Source: Thermoplasmatota archaeon
Lineage (GTDB): Archaea > Thermoplasmatota > Thermoplasmata > Thermoplasmatales > Thermoplasmataceae
Length of the DNA stretch: 53,428 nt
NCBI GenBank assembly: GCA_023487765.1
Contig: JAMDBW010000052.1
Span: 1-53,428 of the forward strand
Direction: 5' to 3'
Shown here: one piece after another, positions 45,920-53,428 of the stretch
Layout: each line of letters begins with the position of its first letter
Numbering within the stretch: the first letter of the stretch is position 1
The notes under the pieces: model-generated
Told to the model about the DNA's origin: nothing
The model's database searches: none
The model's input: only the letters and a program-made list of their open reading frames with translations
Program-made: the position numbers and the translations under genes

Positions 45920-48900
45920 TCATTTTTTTTGAGTTGCCATCATTATGTACGTCCTTCCGTCAGGATCGCTCTTGAATTTTATTATCCCCTGATCATTCAG
46001 TCTGGACATGGCTTTCCTGATGACTTTCGAGTCGATTCTCTCTCGCCTTGCCTCTGATATTATGGTGTGTTTTTCAGCTCCTGCATTCTTAAGAATCAGT
46101 TCTCTTGCCATTTCCATATCCTTTATGCTCGTGACCCTTCTGCGATAGATCAGGATACTGACGAAGACCAGAATAAGCAACTCTGGAATGAACCCGGGTA
46201 CGAAAATGTGGTAACTCTTTACAATCTCGGTTGAATGATATTGCACGATGAGGGTAATATTGTGGTATCCAGGCATTATAAATGTGAAAAAGCTGGCACT
46301 CCTGCTGGCTGTGTGTCCATCCACCAGCCAGGTCAGGTTTATTGGCTTGAGATTAATCCCGGAAATACCGGAGGAGAAGAACGAGACGCCCATGAACATA
46401 TCAAGCCGCGGGGCAATTCCACTGATGTCAGAGAAATAGTAGTTGCTGAACCTGACCGTTGAACTTACATTTCTGTTGCCGCTCCTGTCAACTGCAGCAA
46501 CCGTAACATTGAAGGTGCCGTCGCGGGTGAGGTTTAATATAAAAGATCCGGAGGAATACAGTGTTCCGGCGTCCAACGTTTTGTTGTCCAGGCTGACTTG
46601 AATCCCTGACAGCGGAACCTGATCGACGATGGAGTAGTCAACGATCGCATAATGCGTCCATATGAGCGTACTGTTTTCTGCAGACACCATTATTTCCGGT
46701 TTGGAGTTCGAATAATATACCGTGACAACTGACGTATTGCTGTTCCCCCACGCGGATGTTGCGGTCAGTCGCAATGTATTGTTGAATCCGGGGACGCTGA
46801 TGTTTTCGCCTGATTTGCGCAGCATTCCGGAAAACCGGGTTCCGTTTCCGGATATCGTGTAATTATAGGTCACATTCGGGAGAAGCCTGATACTGAGCGG
46901 GAAGTAGCTTGAATTTGTGTATGAAGTCCCGTTTAATAGCGGGTTTACGGGTATTGTGTTATTCAGGTCGATGTAAAAAATCTCTGAGGTTCTCTCTCCG
47001 CTCAGATCTACTGCAGTGACGTTCATAATGTAGATTCCGTTTCCCTGAAGATTGAAATCGGCAGGATCAATTACAAAACTCCCGAAGTTTCCCGCAGATG
47101 AAAATGTCTCCTTTTCTCCTCCCGGCGAAGTGATGTTCAGGAATAACGATGAAGTAACGTTTGAGGTCACGTTGATCTGCATTCGATCGAGGTTCGAATT
47201 TCCGGAGAATGAATAAAAATAACCCGTCGTCCGGTTTACGCTGATCTCCGGGGAATAGTTCTCAACGGTCACATATTCATTGCCCACAGAAGTGAAATTT
47301 CCATCGAGGAGCGTGGCATTGAGGAATATCCTGTAAGAACCGTCAGGTAATTCCAGTAACGAAAAGTTCTGTGAAGTATTGTAGGCCAGCCGATGTCCGC
47401 TTGAAACGACAGTCAGGCAGTAATAGCTATGATATGCGACCTGTTTCCAGCTGAAATTGAATTTGTTGAAAGGCAGGTATGAATTGTTATTAATATTTGC
47501 AGAGAAATTCGTTATTTCACTATGGACAACATTGTATTCGAATCTGTATGCCCTCAAAATACCAAACTGATCCTTCAGATCAAGGGTGAGATTCATGACG
47601 CTTGTGTTGGAGGTTCCCGTGAAATTAAACGCATTTCCTGTAAACGAATAGTTGAAAAAACCAGACGATACGCTGGAATACAACTGGCCGGAGATGTTGC
47701 TTATGGATATGCTGAATAACTGATCCTGGGAAATATACGACATATTTCCCGGATCAATTTTAATCGCGGGTTTGTAGTTGTCAACATGCACCTTCTTTAC
47801 CAGCGAAAGTGTGTAACCTGCGTCGTTGGTGGCATTGAGATAGAGGAGACATGTTCCGTTTCCTATTTCTGTGCTTGAGAAATTCAGGTAACCATTCAAA
47901 GGGGCGATGGTTAAATTTCCAATTTGCGAGCTCTCAGTGCAGTTCAGCCCGGAGGAAATACTGTAATTGAAGGAGACGTTTCCGGTCAGTACTGAAGGGC
48001 CGTTCAGGCTTCCGTTGATTGAGTATCCGGAGAACGGGAACTTCCCGGCAAAGAATATCGACAAATAACTGCCGTTCGCAAGGAATCCGAATGAGAGATT
48101 ACCCTCGAAATAAGCATATGCGGCTGTTCCGGGCAGATTAGTATCGTGCGTTATGTTTCCGGAGACTACTTCCATGGTGCTTCCGGATGAAATTACGCTT
48201 AACTCAGGATCGGACCACAGGGGAGCTGTTGAAGCGGCCTGGATGGCAACCGGGGAATAAATGCTGTTTCCAAAGAGATATCCGCCGGGAATATTATTTC
48301 CCGGATGAATTTCCGAGCTGAAGCAATTGGACAGATTTGACGAAGCCGTTATGACAGTGGAAGTATCAAACATCTGTGCGTTGTACAAATTGCTATTTTC
48401 CGACAGGGAACCGCTGGCATCGAGACTGTAGTTTGATATTTCCCTGGAACTTGAGTTCATGGCCATAAGGATAATCTGCTGATTCTGGACGGACGACAGG
48501 ATCACTTTCTGTTCGAAGTCAGAGGAAATGTTTGCCCATCGGCTGACGCTACCGGTCGCATTATAAATCCAGACTTTGCCGCTCTCGTTGATAAGGAAAA
48601 AATTCATGCCGAGGACAGTGAGTTTCGGGGAGTCTATCTTTATTGGTCCAAAGTTGTATTTCACAACAGAGAGTGAAGTGGTGTTTATCCTGAACAGATT
48701 AGAATTATCCTGAAATAAAACGAAGAAGTACGCATAATTCCCGTCGGAATATGAAGCAGCCCAATCTGCACTGTTTGAAATATTTGCCAGGATCAGCGTG
48801 GTATTGTTATAGTAATTGAAGAGATAAATTCCCGGCATCTTCCCTGTCTCCATGAACATGATGCTGTTCAGTTTCCAGTCAGCAACAGGATAAGCTCCGA

Positions 48901-49678
48901 AGGTGCCATTTCCCGTCACGTTGCGGTGCGTGTTGAATTTCTGGACATTGTAGGTAATGGATGGTCCCGGGCCGAGGATACCGAATCCGGGCGTGCCGTG
49001 CGCCAGATAAATGTTGTATATTGTGGCATTTGAGAAACCGCCTCCAATGACTGCCTGCAGGGAACCGTTCCTGAAGGTGCCGTTCAAATTTATCGAATAC
49101 GGGAGACCTGATGTCGAATTCCATCCTCCCGTGATTCCAAAATATCCCGTTTTCCCGCTGTCAGGCACTGAAAGCTGAAGCGTGTAAAAAGAAGAGAAAG
49201 CAGGAGTACTGCCAAGATCGTATGAACCTGTTCCGTTCACGTACGCCGAGGTGTGGTACAAAGGACCGAATGCAAGATTCAGCAGCCTGCTGTTATTCTG
49301 TTCAAATATCATATTGTCCCATGTCAGTGCCTCATTATTCCTGTAATTCCATGAGAACGTAATCTTCAATGTGAAATTGGACGGGACACTCATGTTCATG
49401 GTCAGAAAACTGTTTTTGCTTGTTGTTGCAGGTTGTGTGGATATCTGTAAACCCTGTCCTATTGAGGTTTTGTTAATCCTGGCATAGGATAAGGAATTCA
49501 TGGAGGATTCGAAGGTGATCCAGCTCCTGTTCGACGGGAAGGTGCCGGGAGAAAGGCTGGAGAAGTTATAGTCCGATACAGGGATTCCTTGTGGAATTGT
49601 TGACCCGTAACTACTGTTTAGGGTTATTCCCGATAGTATAATTATAATAATTAATACCATAATGCTAATTACTTTCAT
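45920..49678 (-). CDS. Giant surface protein (1252 aa) with single TM and cytoplasmic winged-helix-like C-terminal tail
   Basis: The ORF has an N-terminal signal/TM segment (ISIMVLIIIIILSGITL) and an ectodomain of about 1150 aa that is extremely rich in N/S/T/Y/F with very many NxS/T sequons. A TM helix (FIPELLILVFVSILIY) is followed by a 74-aa tail: 'RRRVTSIKDMEMARELILKNAGAEKHTIISEARRERIDSKVIRKAMSRLNDQGIIKFKSDPDGRTYIMM'. Confidence 0.65.
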   Translation of the reverse strand: MKVISIMVLIIIIILSGITLNSSYGSTIPQGIPVSDYNFSSLSPGTFPSNRSWITFESSMNSLSYARINKTSIGQGLQISTQPATTSKNSFLTMNMSVPSNFTLKITFSWNYRNNEALTWDNMIFEQNNSRLLNLAFGPLYHTSAYVNGTGSYDLGSTPAFSSFYTLQLSVPDSGKTGYFGITGGWNSTSGLPYSINLNGTFRNGSLQAVIGGGFSNATIYNIYLAHGTPGFGILGPGPSITYNVQKFNTHRNVTGNGTFGAYPVADWKLNSIMFMETGKMPGIYLFNYYNNTTLILANISNSADWAASYSDGNYAYFFVLFQDNSNLFRINTTSLSVVKYNFGPIKIDSPKLTVLGMNFFLINESGKVWIYNATGSVSRWANISSDFEQKVILSSVQNQQIILMAMNSSSREISNYSLDASGSLSENSNLYNAQMFDTSTVITASSNLSNCFSSEIHPGNNIPGGYLFGNSIYSPVAIQAASTAPLWSDPELSVISSGSTMEVVSGNITHDTNLPGTAAYAYFEGNLSFGFLANGSYLSIFFAGKFPFSGYSINGSLNGPSVLTGNVSFNYSISSGLNCTESSQIGNLTIAPLNGYLNFSSTEIGNGTCLLYLNATNDAGYTLSLVKKVHVDNYKPAIKIDPGNMSYISQDQLFSISISNISGQLYSSVSSGFFNYSFTGNAFNFTGTSNTSVMNLTLDLKDQFGILRAYRFEYNVVHSEITNFSANINNNSYLPFNKFNFSWKQVAYHSYYCLTVVSSGHRLAYNTSQNFSLLELPDGSYRIFLNATLLDGNFTSVGNEYVTVENYSPEISVNRTTGYFYSFSGNSNLDRMQINVTSNVTSSLFLNITSPGGEKETFSSAGNFGSFVIDPADFNLQGNGIYIMNVTAVDLSGERTSEIFYIDLNNTIPVNPLLNGTSYTNSSYFPLSIRLLPNVTYNYTISGNGTRFSGMLRKSGENISVPGFNNTLRLTATSAWGNSNTSVVTVYYSNSKPEIMVSAENSTLIWTHYAIVDYSIVDQVPLSGIQVSLDNKTLDAGTLYSSGSFILNLTRDGTFNVTVAAVDRSGNRNVSSTVRFSNYYFSDISGIAPRLDMFMGVSFFSSGISGINLKPINLTWLVDGHTASRSASFFTFIMPGYHNITLIVQYHSTEIVKSYHIFVPGFIPELLILVFVSILIYRRRVTSIKDMEMARELILKNAGAEKHTIISEARRERIDSKVIRKAMSRLNDQGIIKFKSDPDGRTYIMMATQKK

Positions 49679-49774
49679 AAATTAATTAAATTACCTGATC
49701 ACCAGAAGCATAAAAAATATTTTCCAGGCAGTGAAGTCTAATCATTATATTCATCCTGAGAATTTGCATATGAT

Positions 49775-50791
49775 ATGATCAAAGTCGGCATAAACGGTTA
49801 TGGAACCATAGGTAGACGGGTTGCCCAGGCAATCATGCTGCAAAAGGACATGACGGTAACCGGTATTGTCAAAACAAAGCCGGATTATGTGGCACGCTTT
49901 GCAAGCCATAATTTCAAGCTGTTCTCTCCTGATGACGAATCAAGGAAGCAGTTGGAGGAAGGAGGATTAAGGGTATCAGGAACACTTGAGAATCTGATAG
50001 ACGATTCCGATATAATTGTTGACGCCACACCCGAAGGTGTAGGGGCGAAAAACCTGCCGGCATACAAGAAAGCCGGAATAAAAGCCACTTTTCAGGGTGG
50101 TGAGGAGCCCTCTGTTGCAGAAGCAAGCTTTAACGCTTACGCCAACTTCGAAGAATCCACCGGGAAAAACTACGTCAGGGTCGTATCCTGCAATACTACG
50201 GGCCTTGCCAGAACGCTCTCCTCAATAAAGAGTGCATACGGTATAAAACACGTGAATGCCACGTTAATAAGAAGGGCAACAGATCCAAATGACAGCAGGA
50301 AAGGGCCTATAAACGCGGTGGAACCCGGCCTGAAATTTCCGTCGCACCATGCCCCAGATCTGAGGACCGTGCTTGGAGACGTGGACATTGACACTGTTGC
50401 AGTGAAGGTACCCACCACGCTGATGCATGTGCACGTGATCCAGGTCGATCTTTCAAAAGAAACAAGCGCTGAGCAGGTGCTTGAAAATTTCCTGAGGTAT
50501 CAGAGGATACTCGTGGTCTCCGGAAAGGACGGATTGACTTCTACGGCGCAGATAATGGACTTTGCGAGAGAGAGAAGCAGAAACAGGTCCGATCTTTATG
50601 AAGTTGCTGTCTGGAGAGAAAGCGTAAACTTAAAAGGCATGAAGCTCAATTACATACAGGCAGTTCATCAGGAGAGTGACGTGGTACCGGAGAATGTGGA
50701 CGCCATCAGGGCTATGTTCGAAACCATGGACAGGGAAAAGTCCTTGTCTGCTACTGATATGACGCTAAATATTGGAAATAAGGTGTTCTAA
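49775..50791 (+). CDS. gap: Glyceraldehyde-3-phosphate dehydrogenase, archaeal type
   Basis: 338-aa ORF with '[15 protein letters not shown]' (Rossmann) and the active-site '[10 protein letters not shown]'. Its length and C-terminus are typical of the archaeal class. Confidence 0.9.
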   Translation: MIKVGINGYGTIGRRVAQAIMLQKDMTVTGIVKTKPDYVARFASHNFKLFSPDDESRKQLEEGGLRVSGTLENLIDDSDIIVDATPEGVGAKNLPAYKKAGIKATFQGGEEPSVAEASFNAYANFEESTGKNYVRVVSCNTTGLARTLSSIKSAYGIKHVNATLIRRATDPNDSRKGPINAVEPGLKFPSHHAPDLRTVLGDVDIDTVAVKVPTTLMHVHVIQVDLSKETSAEQVLENFLRYQRILVVSGKDGLTSTAQIMDFARERSRNRSDLYEVAVWRESVNLKGMKLNYIQAVHQESDVVPENVDAIRAMFETMDREKSLSATDMTLNIGNKVF

Positions 50792-50833
50792 TGGCAGGGA
50801 AAACTGTAGAAAAAGAAGAGAAGAAAATCACCA

Positions 50834-51667
50834 TTGAAGATTTACCGGGAGTCGGCGGAAGGTTCGGCTACAAAGATCATAGCGGCAGCAAGAAAATCTG
50901 CTGATATAGGTAACTTTGAGACGGGAGAGGAGATACTTGAGAGGAGGAAAGGAGTATCCAAGCTTACAAGCGGTAGCAAGAATCTGGACAATCTTCTTGG
51001 GGGCGGATTCGAGACTCAGTCCATAACGGAATTTTTTGGAGAATTCGGTTCAGGGAAAACCCAGATTATGCACCAGGCCGCAGTAAACGCCACCATGCCC
51101 GCGGAGACCGGCGGTTTTGACTGTGACGTCCTGATCATAGATACTGAAAATACTTTCAGGCCGGAGAGGATTATACAGATGTCGAAAGCAAAAGGTCTTG
51201 ATCCCGAGGTCGTCCTGAAAAGAATACATGTGGCGAGAGCATACAACTCACACCATCAGATATTACTGGCCGAAAGAGCATCGGAACTGGCCAAGGAATT
51301 TCCAATCAGGCTGCTTATTGTGGACTCACTTACTTCGCATTTCCGTTCGGAATACATGGGAAGGGGTGCGCTATCGGAAAGACAGCAGCTGCTCAACAGA
51401 CACATGCATGAACTCCTCAAGTTCTCCACCATTTACAACGCGGTAATAGCTGTGACAAACCAGGTTTCCGCGCGCCCGGACGTTTTCTTCGGAGACCCTA
51501 CGGCACCAATAGGAGGAAATATTGTCGGCCATACGGCAACCTTCAGGATTTATCTCAGGAAGAGCAAGGGCGGAAAGAGAATAGCGAGACTCATCGACTC
51601 ACCGTATCTCCCGGAAGGAGAGACTGTTATCCAGGTTTCAGAAGACGGAATAACCGACGGAGTCTGA
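50834..51667 (+). CDS. radA: RadA recombinase: ATPase core plus polymerisation linker, with the N-terminal HhH domain missing or out of frame
   Basis: Walker A is 'GEFGSGKTQ' and Walker B is '[13 protein letters not shown]'. The linker is '[26 protein letters not shown]'. The only in-frame start after the upstream stop is a TTG at 50834. The conserved '..[10 protein letters not shown]' lies in a different frame (50791-50904). Confidence 0.8.
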   Translation: MKIYRESAEGSATKIIAAARKSADIGNFETGEEILERRKGVSKLTSGSKNLDNLLGGGFETQSITEFFGEFGSGKTQIMHQAAVNATMPAETGGFDCDVLIIDTENTFRPERIIQMSKAKGLDPEVVLKRIHVARAYNSHHQILLAERASELAKEFPIRLLIVDSLTSHFRSEYMGRGALSERQQLLNRHMHELLKFSTIYNAVIAVTNQVSARPDVFFGDPTAPIGGNIVGHTATFRIYLRKSKGGKRIARLIDSPYLPEGETVIQVSEDGITDGV

Positions 51668-51686
51668 CGAGTCAGCAGGTTGGGAG

Positions 51687-52202
51687 ATGTGGAGCTACAT
51701 TAAGGGGAATTTCAGGAAATACCCGTCGCAGATGAAGGTCCTGAAGAAATTCATCTCCATCGGGTTATCAGTGAAAAAGGACAACGAAGGCAATCCGAGG
51801 ATTTACTGCAGCGATATCGAGGTAAAGGCATCATCGGTCGCCATTGCACTTGAGGTTGACAGACGCGCGGTCCTCGATGTTCTTGGAAAAATAATCAGCG
51901 ATCCTGAGCTTTCAAGATTCTTCGCTGATCTCGGCCCTGTTCCGGATTTCGGAAAAGTCAGTTCCAGACTGGGACTCGGGGTTCTTCAGATAGTGGCCAC
52001 GTCTGCTGCACAGCCCGGTATTATATCCGGAGTATCCCAGATAATTTCAAGAGAGAACATAAGCATAAGACAGGTCATCGTGGATGATCCGGAACTGGTC
52101 GACAATCCTAAGGCGACAATAGTAACCGAAAGTCCTATTCCGGGGAGGCTCCTGGAGGAAATGAAATCAGTTCCGGGCGTGGAAGCGGTTGTCATCCTCT
52201 GA
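51687..52202 (+). CDS. ACT-domain regulator of amino-acid metabolism (COG2150-like)
   Basis: 171-aa ORF with an N-terminal wHTH-like part. The C-terminal 'LQIVATSAAQPGIISGVSQIISRENISIRQV' follows an ACT-domain beta-alpha-beta pattern. Confidence 0.65.
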   Translation: MWSYIKGNFRKYPSQMKVLKKFISIGLSVKKDNEGNPRIYCSDIEVKASSVAIALEVDRRAVLDVLGKIISDPELSRFFADLGPVPDFGKVSSRLGLGVLQIVATSAAQPGIISGVSQIISRENISIRQVIVDDPELVDNPKATIVTESPIPGRLLEEMKSVPGVEAVVIL

Positions 52203-53282
52203 TTAGAGGAATTCATCAGGTTCGTTTCCATACACTATTTCCGTAAGTTTTTTTATCTTCGAATGTACCTCTTCAATGGTTTCCGCTGTGACATTTATGT
52301 GCCCGGCCTTTCTTCCTCTCCGGATACCGTTCTTGCCGTACCAGTAAAATTGTGTTTCCGGAAGTCTGAGTATATCTTCAACAGTCTTTCTGTCAGGGTT
52401 CACACCAATCAGGTTCAGGATGCCGCTCGGCCTGTAAAGGACAGGCTCCGGAATCTCATAACCACATATTGCCCGAATGTGCTGTTCAAATTGTGAAATT
52501 GAGGAACCCATCAGGGTGTGGTGACCTGTATTATGGACTCTCGGGGCAAATTCGTTGATTATCGTTTTACCGTAAGCAATAAAAAATTCCACGCCTATGA
52601 CACCAACATAATCCAATTCCGCAAGCAGACGCTTTACAGCGTCATTCATGCCATTATCAGAAACCGGAGCGGCGTTGTAGAAGAGCATCCCTTTACGATT
52701 GAGGTTGAACGACGGTCTGTGCATACGGATTGTCCCGTCCTGCGAACGTGAAGCTATGACTGATGCCTCATACTGGAATTTTATAAATTTTTCAACGACA
52801 TACTTCCCGTCGGGGATGCTGGAGGGAACCTTTCCGTCTTTCACGAAATGCTGTCCCTTGCCGTCATATCCTCCGGAAGCAGACTTTATGACGCAATCAC
52901 CGAAATTTTCTGCAATTTCCAGTGCTTCGACGGCGTTCGGCGCAATCCTGTATTCGGCCACGGGCAGGCCTTTAGAATACAGGAAATCTTTTTCCATAGA
53001 CCGGTCTCTTTTCAACTTCACGGGAAATATTCCCGGTTTCAGCTTCCCCTCGCTTTCGGCATAATCAAGGACTCTTCCGTCAACATGTTCAAACTCGTAG
53101 GTAACTACATCGCTACGGTCGACAAATTCCCTGTAATCTTCATAAATGAACGATCTGTCAGCGATCCGTGATGCAGGTCCGTCAAGGTCCTGGCCTATTA
53201 CATTGAAGTTTATGCCCAGCTTTCTGGATTCAAGAATCATCATGTAACCCAGCTGGCCGGATCCAGCGATGCCTACATTCAT
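52203..53282 (-). CDS. purK: N5-carboxyaminoimidazole ribonucleotide synthase
   Basis: 359-aa ATP-grasp ORF. It has 'VGIAGSGQLGYMM', 'GYDGKGQ' and 'NEFAPRVHNTGHHT', which are characteristic of PurK. Its ATG overlaps the purE stop. Confidence 0.85.
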   Translation of the reverse strand: MNVGIAGSGQLGYMMILESRKLGINFNVIGQDLDGPASRIADRSFIYEDYREFVDRSDVVTYEFEHVDGRVLDYAESEGKLKPGIFPVKLKRDRSMEKDFLYSKGLPVAEYRIAPNAVEALEIAENFGDCVIKSASGGYDGKGQHFVKDGKVPSSIPDGKYVVEKFIKFQYEASVIASRSQDGTIRMHRPSFNLNRKGMLFYNAAPVSDNGMNDAVKRLLAELDYVGVIGVEFFIAYGKTIINEFAPRVHNTGHHTLMGSSISQFEQHIRAICGYEIPEPVLYRPSGILNLIGVNPDRKTVEDILRLPETQFYWYGKNGIRRGRKAGHINVTAETIEEVHSKIKKLTEIVYGNEPDEFL

Positions 53283-53428
53283 GCCAGTTTTTCACCAAGA
53301 ATTTTTTCTGTCTGGCTTCTGGCATATTCACTGACTTTGTTCATAATTTCCGGGTGCTTTAATCCAAGTATCCTCGCAGCAAGAAGTGCCGCATTCTTCG
53401 AGTTCCCTATTGCAACCGTTGCAACGGG
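53279..53428 (-). CDS. purE: N5-CAIR mutase PurE, C-terminal fragment (gene runs off the 3' edge)
   Basis: The minus-strand frame reads PVATVAIGNSKNAALLAARILGLKHPEIMNKVSEYARSQTEKILGEKLA*. '(G)VPVATVAIG...NAALLAA.IL' is the conserved PurE C-terminal region. Confidence 0.8.
   Translation of the reverse strand, partial: PVATVAIGNSKNAALLAARILGLKHPEIMNKVSEYARSQTEKILGEKLA

Noticed and set aside
1-53428. CRISPR arrays, tandem repeats, rRNA genes, and inteins in polB/radA/argS.
   Set aside because: I noticed no regularly spaced direct repeats in any spacer. There are no rRNA-like stretches. The polymerase, RadA and ArgRS ORFs have no insertions interrupting their conserved motifs.

Overview
This is an archaeal chromosome segment. 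The evidence is Orc1/Cdc6, RadA, Pelota, archaeal-type GAPDH, a family-B polymerase, a sulfocyanin-like copper protein and an intron-less tRNA-Glu with no encoded CCA. The gene content looks Thermoplasmatales-like, but that is my inference and has not been checked by any search. About 50 genes are tightly packed, often with 4-nt ATGA start/stop overlaps.

Housekeeping blocks:
- rtcB(3' end)-amidohydrolase, argS, a DHQS-like gene and a GH15 glucoamylase.
- A PolB2-like polymerase convergent with orc1/cdc6, then a radical-SAM gene.
- A thiamine salvage operon (MFS-thiD-AIRS-like-thiE) behind a clear TPP riboswitch, with divergent tenA.
- SDR, a blue-copper protein, a SHOCT protein, a membrane wHTH protein and a GT4 glycosyltransferase.
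- thrC-thrB, a GNAT, Mut7-C/pelota, gap, radA, an ACT regulator and purK-purE.
- Three very large membrane-anchored surface proteins rich in NxS/T sequons (985, 851 and 1252 aa). The largest ends in a cytoplasmic winged-helix-like tail.

Accessory patches:
1. 27.7-35.0 kb holds a divergently arranged six-gene cluster of uncharacterised proteins. It is centred on a PLD-nuclease/SF3-type P-loop fusion, with an MM3350(pRiA4b ORF3)-like zinc-finger protein, a DUF3024-like protein and a frameshifted ~629-aa helical protein. This is my best candidate for an undescribed conflict/defence-type system.
2. 39.4-43.4 kb is an A+T-richer patch abutting the 3' end of tRNA-Glu. It holds a decayed IS5-type transposase, a YwgA/Panacea-like protein and a retropepsin-like protease pair.

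Also notable is that radA has lost its N-terminal HhH region through an out-of-frame deletion. I saw no CRISPR array, rRNA, intact transposase or integrase.
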